This document shows positions 49,771 through 59,697 of a DNA stretch of 59,994 nt, piece by piece. The stretch is from Woeseiaceae bacterium. Its GTDB lineage: Bacteria; Pseudomonadota; Gammaproteobacteria; Steroidobacterales; Woeseiaceae. Below the pieces are notes generated by a model. The model saw nothing but the letters and a program-made list of their open reading frames with translations, did not search any database and was not told where the DNA came from. The stretch's first letter is position 1, and the number at the start of each line of letters is the position of its first letter. Both the position numbers and the translations under genes were made by a program. The stretch is taken from positions 1 to 59,994 of the forward strand of contig JBOHZD010000129.1 of assembly GCA_050738315.1 (NCBI GenBank), in the 5' to 3' direction.

Positions 49771-50811
49771 TCAGAAATTCTCTTTGTTGACCGCCCGGAA
49801 TCGCGCCTCTTCCTTGTTGATGAGGCCTTTCGACATCAGTTCAGCCAGATTCTGGTCAAGTGTCTGCATGCCGGTCGCATGACCGGTCTGAATCGCGGAA
49901 TACATCTGCGCGATCTTGCCTTCGCGAATCAGGTTACGGATCGCCGGTGTGCCGATCATTATTTCGTGCGCGGCAATGCGCCCTCCTCCTATTCGCTTCA
50001 GCAGTGTCTGTGAGACAACAGCTCGCAGCGATTCTGACAGCATTGCACGCACCATTTCTTTTTCCGCCGCCGGAAAAACGTCGACGATCCGGTCGATGGT
50101 CTTTGCCGCCGAGCTGGTATGCAGCGTCCCGAACACCAGGTGTCCGGTTTCCGCCGCCGTCAGCGCCAGCCGGATCGTTTCCAGGTCGCGCAGTTCGCCG
50201 ACCAGGATCACGTCGGGGTCCTCGCGCAACGCCGACCGCAGTGCTTCGTTGAAGCCCAGCGTGTCCCGATGGACCTCGCGCTGGTTGATCAGCGACTTCT
50301 TGCTCTCGTGAACGAACTCGATCGGATCTTCGATGGTCAGAATGTGATCTGGTTTGTTCACGTTGATGTAGTCGACCATCGCCGCGAGCGTCGTCGACTT
50401 GCCCGAGCCGGTTGGACCAGTCACGAGCACTATCCCGCGGGGATGCATCGAGACGTCCTTGAAAATGGACGGCGCGCCGAGGTCGTCGAGCGTCAGAATT
50501 TCGGACGGAATAGTCCTGAAGACCGCGGCGGAACCCCGGTTCTGATTGAAGGCGTTGACACGAAATCGCGCCAGTTTCGGTATTTCGAAGGAAAAATCGG
50601 TTTCCAGAAATTCTTCGTAATCCTTACGCTGCTTGTCATTCATGATGTCGTACACCATGCTATTGACGTCCTTGTGGGTCAGCGCCGGCATATTGATGCG
50701 TTTGATGTCGCCATCGACTCGAATCATCGGGGGTACGCCGCCGGACAGGTGCAGGTCGGATGCGTTGTTCTTGACAGTGAACGAAAGTAACTGCGCAACG
50801 TCGACGGCCAT
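49771..50811 (-). CDS. pilT: Type IV pilus retraction ATPase PilT
   Basis: Walker A GPTGSGKST and the diagnostic GTPAIRNLIREGK motif. 346 aa from ATG 50811. The 623-aa track ORF is an upstream extension. Confidence 0.93.
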   Translation of the reverse strand: MAVDVAQLLSFTVKNNASDLHLSGGVPPMIRVDGDIKRINMPALTHKDVNSMVYDIMNDKQRKDYEEFLETDFSFEIPKLARFRVNAFNQNRGSAAVFRTIPSEILTLDDLGAPSIFKDVSMHPRGIVLVTGPTGSGKSTTLAAMVDYINVNKPDHILTIEDPIEFVHESKKSLINQREVHRDTLGFNEALRSALREDPDVILVGELRDLETIRLALTAAETGHLVFGTLHTSSAAKTIDRIVDVFPAAEKEMVRAMLSESLRAVVSQTLLKRIGGGRIAAHEIMIGTPAIRNLIREGKIAQMYSAIQTGHATGMQTLDQNLAELMSKGLINKEEARFRAVNKENF

Positions 50812-50895
50812 ATTTCTCCCTCTGGAATGGACCGCCGGACTTACCATAACCCGGCGGGATGGCTGCCTAGTATAGCGGAGAGCTTTTTGCAAAAC

Positions 50896-51585
50896 GTGAT
50901 TAGAGTCACGGAAAACTTTCGGAAAATCCAAGATTTGCTGGCACACACCACGGCCGGCGCCGGCCGCCCGGAAGGCTCGGTCCGGCTGCTTGCCGTGAGC
51001 AAATCGAAGCCGGTGGCAAGCGTCCTCGAAGCGGTGTCGGCGGGCCAGCTCGATTTCGGCGAGAACTTCGTGCAGGAAGCACTGGCGAAGATCAACGAGG
51101 TCGCCCGCGATGACGTCACCTGGCACTTCATCGGCCAACTGCAATCCAACAAAACCCGCCCGGTCGCCGAACATTTTCACTGGGTACACACGGTCGACCG
51201 CTTGAAAATTGCGGAAAGGCTCAGTCGTCAACGACCTTGGCACGCCACCGATCTCAACATCTGTCTGCAGGTGAACATCGACCGGGAGAAAGGCAAAGCA
51301 GGCCTGGCCGAGGAAGCCGTGTTGCAGCTTGCTGCAGCCGTCGTTCGATTGCCCAAACTCAAGCTGCGCGGGCTGATGTGCATTCCCACGCCGCGTCATG
51401 ACTTCGAAGCGCAGCGGGCACCCTTTCGCCGGCTGCGCGAGCTTGCGGAGGCGCTGGCTGCCGACGGGATCAAGACGGATACCCTTTCCATGGGGATGAC
51501 GGCGGACTACGTCGCGGCCATTCATGAGGGGGCAACGATCGTTCGCATCGGCACTGCGTTGTTCGGCGAACGCGAAAAGAGGTAG
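50896..51585 (+). CDS. yggS: YggS-family pyridoxal-phosphate homeostasis protein
   Basis: LLAVSKSKP (PLP lysine), FGENFVQEA, HFIGQLQSNK. Start uncertain (GTG 50896 or TTG 50887). Confidence 0.85.
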   Translation: MIRVTENFRKIQDLLAHTTAGAGRPEGSVRLLAVSKSKPVASVLEAVSAGQLDFGENFVQEALAKINEVARDDVTWHFIGQLQSNKTRPVAEHFHWVHTVDRLKIAERLSRQRPWHATDLNICLQVNIDREKGKAGLAEEAVLQLAAAVVRLPKLKLRGLMCIPTPRHDFEAQRAPFRRLRELAEALAADGIKTDTLSMGMTADYVAAIHEGATIVRIGTALFGEREKR

Positions 51586-51589
51586 CGGG

Positions 51590-52420
51590 ATGACGCGGCA
51601 TAAAGTCGGTTTTATCGGCGGCGGCAACATGGCGCGGGCCATTGCCGGCGGCCTTACGCGCAGCGGTTACGGCGCCGGGAATATCCTGATCGCGGAACCG
51701 GACACCGGGCAGCAGGAACGCCTGCGGCGCGAATTTCCCGACACACTGATTACCGGTGACAACTGCGAAGTCGCCGCCGAAGCCGGCAATCTGCTGCTCG
51801 CGGTCAAGCCGCAGATCTTGCGCGACGTTTGCCGCGGCCTGAAGGACGTGGCGCAGCAGCACAAACCCATGATCATATCGATTGCCGCGGGTCCGACCGT
51901 GGCCGATATCGACGGGTGGCTCGGCGGCGGGCTTGAAATCGTCCGCGTGATGCCGAATCAGCCGGCATTGATCGACCAGGGCATCGCGGCCCTCTACGCC
52001 AACGAGCGCACTGACGAATTCGGCCGCATACTGGCCGAAAAAGTCATGTCGGCGGTCGGTCGCGTGGTCTGGATCGGCGAGGAGTCGCTGCTCGATGCCG
52101 TGACGGCCGTCTCCGGTACCGGCCCGGCCTATGTCTACCTGCTCATCGACATGATGATCGATGCCGGCGTGGAACTCGGCCTGACGCCGGAGGTCGCCAG
52201 AACACTGGCCGTCGAAACCGCACGCGGCGCCGCCATGCTTGCGGCAATCGAAAAGGAATCGATGGGGTCGCTGATCGACAGGGTCCGTTCGCCCGGAGGC
52301 ACCACCACGGCAGCGTTCGACAGCCTCGATGCGGCGAATGTTCGTGGTATCTTTGCGGCTGCGATCAGGGCCGCGAGAGACCGCGCCACAGCTCTCGCCG
52401 GCGAAGCGCGGACAAACTGA
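51590..52420 (+). CDS. proC: Pyrroline-5-carboxylate reductase
   Basis: VGFIGGGNMARAI Rossmann motif and C-terminal SPGGTT. ATG at 51590. Confidence 0.92.
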   Translation: MTRHKVGFIGGGNMARAIAGGLTRSGYGAGNILIAEPDTGQQERLRREFPDTLITGDNCEVAAEAGNLLLAVKPQILRDVCRGLKDVAQQHKPMIISIAAGPTVADIDGWLGGGLEIVRVMPNQPALIDQGIAALYANERTDEFGRILAEKVMSAVGRVVWIGEESLLDAVTAVSGTGPAYVYLLIDMMIDAGVELGLTPEVARTLAVETARGAAMLAAIEKESMGSLIDRVRSPGGTTTAAFDSLDAANVRGIFAAAIRAARDRATALAGEARTN

Positions 52421-52442
52421 ATTAAGGAGCGCACTCGAAAGT

Positions 52443-52991
52443 ATGGCAGCGGCGATCTACTTCATCGTCAAGACCCTGGCCCAGCTCTACCTGTTGCTGC
52501 TGCTGTTGCGGTTCTGGCTGCCTTTCCTGCGTGCGGATTTTCGCAATCCGATTGCCCAGGGCATCCTGCGGTTTACAACACCCGTGATCGTACCGCTGCG
52601 GCGCTTTCTGCCCTCGATCAATCGCATCGACACGGCGACCGTGCTGGTCGCATTCATAGTCCAGTACCTGGCGCTGCTCCTGTTACTCACCATCGGCGGC
52701 GGCGCGATCCAGCCGCTGCCGGTCGCGATCACCGCCGTCATCGAACTCATCATCCTGAGTCTCAACCTGTTTTTCTTTGCCATTCTGATCAGAATCATCC
52801 TGAGCTGGGTGGCGCCCGGCAATTACAATCCGGTCACCGCCCTGCTGACCACCTTGTCGGAACCGATACTTCGTCCTTTTCGCCGGGTCATCCCGTCGGT
52901 CGGCGGGCTCGACATATCGCCGATATTCGCCATTATTCTGCTGCAGGCCATCGTTATTTTTCTTCATACCCTGAAGCCCGTGCACATCTGA
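52443..52991 (+). CDS. yggT: YggT family membrane protein
   Basis: Duplicated YGGT repeat (ILLLRFWLPF..., IRIILSWVAPGNYNP). ATG at 52443. Confidence 0.85.
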   Translation: MAAAIYFIVKTLAQLYLLLLLLRFWLPFLRADFRNPIAQGILRFTTPVIVPLRRFLPSINRIDTATVLVAFIVQYLALLLLLTIGGGAIQPLPVAITAVIELIILSLNLFFFAILIRIILSWVAPGNYNPVTALLTTLSEPILRPFRRVIPSVGGLDISPIFAIILLQAIVIFLHTLKPVHI

Positions 52992-53230
52992 GCGCTGCTC
53001 CTTGCTTGACCGCCGCGGGCGGGTAATGCAAATAGAAACAACGTCTTCCAATGGACACCTGACCGCTGCACCGCGCGGGACGGCCGGACGCATTTTCGAG
53101 CACCGGCACAGGGTCACGGTCGTCCGGCGCCCACGGGGCGGCAATTTCGCGCCGGCAATAGGACCGGCGTGCGCAATCGGCTATAGTTCCTGAGGGGCTG
53201 AGGTGAGAAATCCCGGGGGGATGTATTTCC

Positions 53231-53707
53231 ATGAAATTGATCAGCACAACAATCGCGACGTCTGTGTGGTTGCTGCTGGCCGCCTGCGGGGGTCCGGACG
53301 TCGAAGCGACCATCCCACAGGCCGAGCCCGCCGAAGCGTCTTCGATCGACATCGGCGATTACATCGTGCATTTCAGCGCCCAGCTGACGGATCAGTTACC
53401 GCCTGAAGTCGCGCGCCTTTACAATATCGTGCGCAGCAAGAATCGCGTGATGCTCAACGTTTCGGTCATTGAAGAAACCTCCGGCAATGGCGTGCCGGCG
53501 GACGTTTCCGTCAAGACTGTCAACCTGACCGGCCAGCTGAAGACAGTCAATATGCGAAAGCTCGAAGAGCAGGAAGCAATTTACTACGTTGGCGAAACGC
53601 CCATTGCAAATCGTGAAACACTGGTGTTCGATATCACCGTTGGCGTGGAAGGCATTGAAGAACCGGCCAAGATGCGATTCAAGCGCCAGTTCTTTACCGA
53701 CCACTAG
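53231..53707 (+). CDS. DUF4426-like periplasmic lipoprotein
   Basis: Lipobox LLAAC. About 130-aa beta-rich domain. It occupies the position after yggT, as in Pseudomonas. Confidence 0.65.
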   Translation: MKLISTTIATSVWLLLAACGGPDVEATIPQAEPAEASSIDIGDYIVHFSAQLTDQLPPEVARLYNIVRSKNRVMLNVSVIEETSGNGVPADVSVKTVNLTGQLKTVNMRKLEEQEAIYYVGETPIANRETLVFDITVGVEGIEEPAKMRFKRQFFTDH

Positions 53708-53842
53708 GGAAAGCGCATTTTGCGGCGGTAAACGCAGGTCATCCTGCCTTACGCGGGCGGCGATCTTGTGGTATCGTCGCGCAGAATTTTTTTCGGGCAG
53801 GCAGAACCGGCCCGCTATTTCGTCTCCAGGAGATTCTTTTTT

Positions 53843-54172
53843 ATGGCAGCAAATGAAAAGGCCGGCGCAAAGCCACCCACAAAATCTGAAATTTACGCCC
53901 GGATTGCGAGCGACACGGGTCTGACGAGGAAAGACGTCGCTGCCGTCTTCGATTCGCTTACGGCTCAGATCAAAAAGAGTCTTGGCGGTCGCAACGGTTC
54001 GGGGCTTTTTACGATTCCCGGCCTCTTGAAAATGCGCGTCGTTAAAAAGCCGGCGACCAAGGCGCGGCAGGGGCGTAATCCGTTCACTGGCCAGGAAATG
54101 ATGTTCAAAGCCAAGCCGGCATCAAAAACCGTCAAGGTCGCCGCGCTCAAAGGCCTGAAAGACATGGTTTGA
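53843..54172 (+). CDS. HU-family DNA-binding protein with short N-terminal extension
   Basis: KSEIYARIASDTGLTRKDVAAVFDSL ... GRNPFTGQEMMFKAKPA is the HU/IHF arm motif. AGGAG upstream of ATG 53843. Confidence 0.85.
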   Translation: MAANEKAGAKPPTKSEIYARIASDTGLTRKDVAAVFDSLTAQIKKSLGGRNGSGLFTIPGLLKMRVVKKPATKARQGRNPFTGQEMMFKAKPASKTVKVAALKGLKDMV

Positions 54173-54200
54173 GACGGGCTGCAGTTCAGACCAGGAAAGA

Positions 54201-54224
54201 ACCGGGCTTTGCCCGGTTTTTTTT
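54201..54224. terminator. Bidirectional rho-independent terminator
   Basis: accgggc-ttt-gcccggt forms a 7-bp stem, followed by T8 on the plus strand and preceded by an A-rich run. It sits between the convergent HU and hydrolase genes. Confidence 0.7.
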
Positions 54225-54240
54225 GCCCTGATGAGACTCG

Positions 54241-54900
54241 TCAGGCGTGATCGGCCGGCGGTCCGTGTTCGGCTACGAAAGTTTCCACCGCGCTACGCAA
54301 CCTGACCAGCTGACCGTGAAAGAAATGCTCGGTCGAATCGAAGATCTGCAATTCCGGCCCGGGATCGAGGTCATTCACCCAGGCGATGGTGTCATCGACG
54401 TTCACGAGTTCATCCTCGCTGCCTTGAATGACCAGCCATGGGCACGCGGGTTGCTGCCCTTTGTACTCTTTGACCCGCGCGACGGCGGGCGCTACGCTGA
54501 CCAGGCCGTCCGCATCGCTCTCTGCCGCAGCCTGAATGGCAACGGCTGCGCCGAAAGAAAAACCGGCAAACCAGAGTGGACGGCCCGGGAGGCGTTGCTG
54601 CGCTGCACGGCCCGCCGCCAGTGCGTCCTGTAATTCGCCACCGCCGTCATCAAACCGCCCCTCGCTTTGTCCGACACCGCGAAAGTTGAAACGCAATGCG
54701 AGAAAATTACGCGCCACGAACGCTCGCGACAACGTATGTACGACTTTGTTCTGCATCGTGCCGCCATGCTGCGGATGCGGGTGACAGATCACGGCGGCAC
54801 CGATCGGCTGCCCTTCTCCGGGTGTTTCGTACAGAGCGTCCAGGCGGCCGCCGGGCCCGTCGATAAGGACGCTGTCGGTTTGTGGAACTTTGCTCATCAT
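54241..54900 (-). CDS. Alpha/beta-fold hydrolase
   Basis: Nucleophile elbow GFSFGA. About 219 aa, single domain. Confidence 0.75.
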   Translation of the reverse strand: MMSKVPQTDSVLIDGPGGRLDALYETPGEGQPIGAAVICHPHPQHGGTMQNKVVHTLSRAFVARNFLALRFNFRGVGQSEGRFDDGGGELQDALAAGRAAQQRLPGRPLWFAGFSFGAAVAIQAAAESDADGLVSVAPAVARVKEYKGQQPACPWLVIQGSEDELVNVDDTIAWVNDLDPGPELQIFDSTEHFFHGQLVRLRSAVETFVAEHGPPADHA

Positions 54901-55119
54901 TGTCTCTGGTCGCAGGTGCAGTGGATTCGACGAACGCTACACCAAGGTTCGGCGCGGGTCTAACGCTGCACCGGTTATTGGCGTAAAATTATGGCCTTAG
55001 GGAACTCGCGGCAGGCTGTGCAAGCCGGCGACAGGCAAAATCAGTGACGCAATCGGCAAAACGGCCGTCATCCGGCTGGCATCATACAGACCCTCCTGGC
55101 GCGGCGATGGGATCGGTCC

Positions 55120-56211
55120 ATGCCTGACATTACTGCCGTTCAGCTTGCAGTGCTGGCAATTCTCTTTGCGGTCGGCATTGTGCTTGGCTGGTTCCTCCGC
55201 AGCGATCGCTGCGCGCGCGAAAAGATTGCAATCAATGCGGGTTGGCAGGAACAGATCGAAGCCCGGCAAGACGATAACGATCGCCTGGCCGAACAGAACA
55301 AGTCACTGATGCAGCAGATCAGCCAGTACCGGGCTTCGCAGAATGACCATATGCGGCGCGCGAAGGAACTGGCCGGTTCCCTGAAAGTCGCCTCTGAACG
55401 CCGTGACGATCTGCAACGACAGATCAAGGACATTCGCAGCGACCTTGAAGTCGCCGTCGAACAGCGAGACCGCTTGCGGGCGGACATCAAGAGCCGTGAC
55501 GCGCAGGGTGAAGCGACGGCCGTTACACTGAAGGAAAAAGACAACAAGATTTTCAAACTGAGCCGCGAATTGAGCAGTTGGCAGAATCGCGTGCCTCCAC
55601 TGGTGGACCGGTTTCGGCAGCGGGACCAGGCGGTCAAGGAACTGCAGCTTGAACTGGAGAAAGCCCGGGACCGCATCGTTGAGCTCGAGGTTCTGAGCCG
55701 TACTGCGCAGACACGCATCGAGCCCATCGAGCGCGATTCGCTCGACCTCGGCCAGGATGCGTCGAATGACCAGTTCGATGAAACGTCCGAGCAGGACATC
55801 GCAGGTCTGCAGGACCAGATCGGAGATGATTCGTATCCGCCGGCGCACGGCAACGGCGGCACTGGATTTTACGCAAGCGATTTTGCCGACCGCACCTTGC
55901 GCGATTCGTCAACGTCCAGACAGAGGCCTCCGGGCACACCATCCGATGCGTGGCTCCGACCGCCGAATGACCATGTCGCGCCGACCGGGGCGTTCGACGA
56001 CCTGCAGAAGATCAAGGGGATCGGCCCCGCGATCGAAAGAACGCTTCACGACCTGGGAATTTTTCGCTTCGAACAGATCGCCCAGATCAGCGAGTTCGAC
56101 ATCAACCGGATTGCCGAACGCCTGAAAGGATTCCGCAGCCGCATCTATCGCGAAGACTGGATCGGGCAGGCGCGCACGCTGCAACTCGAGAAAGACGGCG
56201 ACCCGGCGTGA
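55120..56211 (+). CDS. Membrane-anchored coiled-coil protein with C-terminal helix-hairpin-helix-like domain
   Basis: N-terminal TM (VQLAVLAILFAVGIVLGWFL), about 200 aa of heptad-like coiled coil, a low-complexity linker, and a C-terminal LQKIKGIGPAIERTLHDLGIFRFEQIA motif. Confidence 0.6.
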   Translation: MPDITAVQLAVLAILFAVGIVLGWFLRSDRCAREKIAINAGWQEQIEARQDDNDRLAEQNKSLMQQISQYRASQNDHMRRAKELAGSLKVASERRDDLQRQIKDIRSDLEVAVEQRDRLRADIKSRDAQGEATAVTLKEKDNKIFKLSRELSSWQNRVPPLVDRFRQRDQAVKELQLELEKARDRIVELEVLSRTAQTRIEPIERDSLDLGQDASNDQFDETSEQDIAGLQDQIGDDSYPPAHGNGGTGFYASDFADRTLRDSSTSRQRPPGTPSDAWLRPPNDHVAPTGAFDDLQKIKGIGPAIERTLHDLGIFRFEQIAQISEFDINRIAERLKGFRSRIYREDWIGQARTLQLEKDGDPA

Positions 56212-56261
56212 CGCGGGCATCGCGGCGCCGCGAATGTGCTGTCCGACCCCGGGGATCGATC

Positions 56262-56804
56262 CTACTCGCCGGTCTCGCGCCCGCCTGGGCCTGGCCGCAG
56301 GTCGAGCAGCTCGACCTCGAATACCAGGGTTGCCCCGGGCGGAATAACGCCGCCGGCGCCTGCTTCGCCGTACGCCAGTTCCGGCGCAATCGTCAATTCA
56401 CGGATTTCGCCGACCTGCATGCCGACGACTCCCTGGTCCCAGCCCGGGATCACCGCGCCGGCACCCAGCGGAAACTCGAACGGCTGACCACGATCCACCG
56501 AGCTGTCGAATTTCTTGCCGCGCCGGTTCTCTGCATTGGGGTCGTACAGCCAGCCGGTGTAATGAACGACGGCGGTCTGACCTGGCTCGGCCGTCTCGCC
56601 GGTCCCGTCGCTCTGCACGCGCATGCTGAGGCCGGGCGCGATCTCGGTCGAGTCCGCGGTGACGGCTGGCGCACCTTCGTTGGCCACCTGCGGCGCCGGT
56701 TCGTCCGTGGCCGGCATTGCTGCATCGGGAGTCGGCTCCCCTCGGCTGCAAGCCGTCAGCAGGAAAAGGCAAGGTATCAGGAACAGACACAGCGTTGATT
56801 TCAT
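56262..56804 (-). CDS. FKBP-type peptidyl-prolyl cis-trans isomerase lipoprotein
   Basis: Lipobox LLTAC. FKBP core VHYTGWL...GKKFDSS..RGQPFEFPLGAGAVIPGWDQG...LVFEVELL. ATG at 56804. Confidence 0.85.
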   Translation of the reverse strand: MKSTLCLFLIPCLFLLTACSRGEPTPDAAMPATDEPAPQVANEGAPAVTADSTEIAPGLSMRVQSDGTGETAEPGQTAVVHYTGWLYDPNAENRRGKKFDSSVDRGQPFEFPLGAGAVIPGWDQGVVGMQVGEIRELTIAPELAYGEAGAGGVIPPGATLVFEVELLDLRPGPGGRETGE

Positions 56805-56871
56805 GTTGTGGTGCCTTTTGATCGTGAATGAAGGTGTGAGAACGAATGCCAGGTGCACTAGGAGGTCGCTG

Positions 56872-57273
56872 TCAGCGGTCCCCGTCCACGAAATCGAGCG
56901 AAGCTGAATTGATACAGTAGCGCAGACCGGTCGGTTGCGGGCCATCGTTGAATACGTGACCGAGATGCGCGCCGCAATTGCTGCAAACGACTTCCTCGCG
57001 AACCATGCCATGACTCGTGTCGCGCACGGTGCGCACGTTTGCGCCGGCAAGCGGCAACCAGAAACTCGGCCAGCCGGACCCTGAATCGAACTTGTGCTCC
57101 GAACTGAAAAGTTCGGCGTCGCAGCAAACGCAGCGATAGGTCCCATCCGCCTTGTGATCGACGTACTTGCCGCTAAAAGCCCTTTCGGTGCCTTTGTTCT
57201 GGGTGACATCGTACTGCAGCCCGGTCAGCCTGCTTTTCAGATCGTCTTTCGTTCCGGATTCGTCGGTCATCAT
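56872..57273 (-). CDS. msrB: Peptide-methionine (R)-S-oxide reductase
   Basis: Two CxxC zinc motifs ([16 protein letters not shown]) and the catalytic RYCINS. About 133 aa from ATG 57273. Confidence 0.92.
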   Translation of the reverse strand: MMTDESGTKDDLKSRLTGLQYDVTQNKGTERAFSGKYVDHKADGTYRCVCCDAELFSSEHKFDSGSGWPSFWLPLAGANVRTVRDTSHGMVREEVVCSNCGAHLGHVFNDGPQPTGLRYCINSASLDFVDGDR

Positions 57274-57431
57274 GTTCACTGCGCCTCCGGGCATCATTCT
57301 AGTGCACTGTCTTGTAAATAGGTACGCAAAGCAGCCTGGGCCCCTTTCATCGGAAAGCGGCAGCTGGCGATTTTGTGCCCGCCGCCGTATGGTGAACGGA
57401 CCAGACTGTCTGGTGCTGACTTCAGGCCCGC

Positions 57432-58196
57432 ATGTCCGAAAACATCGGCACAAATACAAAAAGTGCCGCGGAATTCCGCGAGGTATCGCTGCGCCGCGGC
57501 GATGTACTGGCGCTGGATCGGGTGACGCTCGATCTGCCCCTCGGCCTGACCACGGCGGTGCTCGGCGCAAGCGGCAGCGGCAAGTCGACGCTGATTCAGC
57601 TCATCATCGGCCTGTTGCGGCCCGATGCAGGGTCCATACGAACCCTGGGCAAGGACATCGATTACGCGAACCCCAGGCCCATGCGCAAGCGGATCGGCTA
57701 TGCCGTCCAGAACGTTGCGCTGTTTCCGCACCTGTGTATCCGGGACAACATCCTGCTTCCGGCGACTCTCGGGCGCTGGGGAGAGCATGACAAACGAGCG
57801 CGTCTCGACGAGTTGCTCGAGCTGATGCAGCTACCTGCAGACGTGCTGGATCGCTATCCGCATGAGCTGTCGGGCGGTCAACAACAGCGCGCGGGCCTTT
57901 GCCGCGCCCTGTTTCTTCATCCCGAGCTGTTGCTGCTCGATGAGCCGTTCTCGGGTCTCGATACCCTGACGCGAGGCGGCATCCACCAGCAGTTTCTCGA
58001 CATGCAGCAACGCGAGCCGGTTTCGACCGTGTTGGTGACGCACGATCCGCACGAGGCGATCAATCTCTCCCACAGCCTGGTCGTGATAAGGAATGGCCGC
58101 GTACAGCAGGTCGGCACGGTCGGTGACGTCGTTGGCAATCCGGCCAATGAGTACGTGCGGCAACTGTGTACCGGCCTGGAACGCTTGCCTGTATGA
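57432..58196 (+). CDS. ABC transporter ATP-binding protein (osmoprotectant/quaternary-amine type, no CBS domains)
   Basis: Walker [10 protein letters not shown], signature LSGGQQQR, Walker [13 protein letters not shown]. Confidence 0.85.
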   Translation: MSENIGTNTKSAAEFREVSLRRGDVLALDRVTLDLPLGLTTAVLGASGSGKSTLIQLIIGLLRPDAGSIRTLGKDIDYANPRPMRKRIGYAVQNVALFPHLCIRDNILLPATLGRWGEHDKRARLDELLELMQLPADVLDRYPHELSGGQQQRAGLCRALFLHPELLLLDEPFSGLDTLTRGGIHQQFLDMQQREPVSTVLVTHDPHEAINLSHSLVVIRNGRVQQVGTVGDVVGNPANEYVRQLCTGLERLPV

Positions 58197-59683
58197 GAAT
58201 CCACGGGTGGAGTCCTGTGATCCTCCTGTCGATCTGCTTGTCTGCGAAAGCAGACCCGCTTTTCGTCGGCAGTAAGAATTTCACCGAGAACTATATCCTT
58301 GCCGAAATCGCGGCACAGTTGCTCGAACACAATGGGGTCGACGTCCGGCGCCGGCTGGGGATGAATGGAACCAAGATCTGCTTCGACGCGTTACAAAACG
58401 GTGCCATCCATTTGTATCCAGAGTACAGCGGCACGATTTCAGAGGTCATTCTCGCCGATCCGGAACTCGATGACTGGGACAGAATCGCGAGCGCCATCGC
58501 GGCGCGCGGATTACAACTGCTCCCTCCGCTCGGCTTCAACAACACGTACGCGATCGCCGTCACGCGGGAGGTCGCGCAACAATACGGCCTGCAGAAGATC
58601 TCTGATCTGCGCAATGTCTCGCAACTGCGAATCGCGTTGTCGCATGAATTCCTGAACCGCGAGGATGGCTGGCCGGGCCTCAAGGCGCGCTACGGCATCG
58701 AGCAGTCCGTCAGAGGCATTGAACACGGACTCGCCTACGAGGCGCTGGCGCAAGGGCAGCTCGACGCAACGGATGTCTATATGACAGACGGCGAGATCAG
58801 CCGTTCAGGCCTGGTAATCCTGCGCGACGATCTTGAATACTTTCCCGTGTATCGCGCGGGCTTCCTGGCGCGCCGCGACTTGCCGAACGACGTCATTTCG
58901 ATTTTGAGTTCATTGAGCGGGCGTATCGACGACCGGCGCATGCAGGCACTCAACCGGGCGGCGCTCGACCCGGAAACCACGATCGCCGAGGTCGCATCGT
59001 CGTTCCTGCGTGCCGAGGGATTGATAACCGGCGGCTCCGCAAGCTCGTCGGTCCTGCCTCAGCTGTGGCGCAACACGCAAAGGCACCTGAAACTGACATT
59101 CATCGCGTTGAGCCTGGCGATCGTCGCCGGTGTCGGGATCGCGATATTGGTGCATCGACACAAGGGCCTTGCCGATACGTTCCTGTACATTTCCGGATTG
59201 ATCCAGACGATTCCGTCGATCGCACTGCTCGCGCTGCTCATTCCGCTGGTCGGTGTCGGACAGGTACCCGCCATCATCGCCTTGTTTCTTTACTCGCTGT
59301 TACCGATTGCACGCAGCACCGTCACCGCGCTGCGGGCCATTCCCCCGGGTTACCGGCAGGTCGCCGCCGCGATGGCCATGACGCGCCGCCAGGAGCTGCG
59401 CTATGTGCTGATGCCGCTGGCCATGCCGCATGTGTTGGCCGGGATTCGCACCGCAACCGTCATCAGCATCGGCACGGCCACTCTGGCCGCATTCATCGGC
59501 GCCGGCGGCCTCGGTGACCCGATCGTCACCGGTCTCGCGCTGAACGACACGTCGTTAATTCTGCAAGGCGCAATCCCCGCAGCTTGCCTCGCGATACTGA
59601 CCGAACTGTTGTTCGGCGGCCTCGAGCGCCGCCTGGTGGCACCACACATGCGCGGCACTGGCAGGAGCGTCAGGGGACAGTGA
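58193..59683 (+). CDS. Fused substrate-binding / permease protein of a glycine betaine-choline type ABC importer
   Basis: N-terminal OpuAC-like SBP (VGSKNFTENYILAEIAAQLL) followed by a binding-protein-dependent permease domain. The ATG overlaps the ATPase stop (ATGA). Confidence 0.85.
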   Translation: MRIHGWSPVILLSICLSAKADPLFVGSKNFTENYILAEIAAQLLEHNGVDVRRRLGMNGTKICFDALQNGAIHLYPEYSGTISEVILADPELDDWDRIASAIAARGLQLLPPLGFNNTYAIAVTREVAQQYGLQKISDLRNVSQLRIALSHEFLNREDGWPGLKARYGIEQSVRGIEHGLAYEALAQGQLDATDVYMTDGEISRSGLVILRDDLEYFPVYRAGFLARRDLPNDVISILSSLSGRIDDRRMQALNRAALDPETTIAEVASSFLRAEGLITGGSASSSVLPQLWRNTQRHLKLTFIALSLAIVAGVGIAILVHRHKGLADTFLYISGLIQTIPSIALLALLIPLVGVGQVPAIIALFLYSLLPIARSTVTALRAIPPGYRQVAAAMAMTRRQELRYVLMPLAMPHVLAGIRTATVISIGTATLAAFIGAGGLGDPIVTGLALNDTSLILQGAIPAACLAILTELLFGGLERRLVAPHMRGTGRSVRGQ

Positions 59684-59697
59684 TATCGGTGTTTGTC

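Noticed and set aside
49771-51642. 623-aa ORF suggesting a giant PilT fusion protein
   Set aside because: The N-terminal ~277 aa are antisense to yggS/proC and motif-free. PilT-like sequence begins at MAVDVAQLL (ATG 50811), giving a normal 346-aa PilT.
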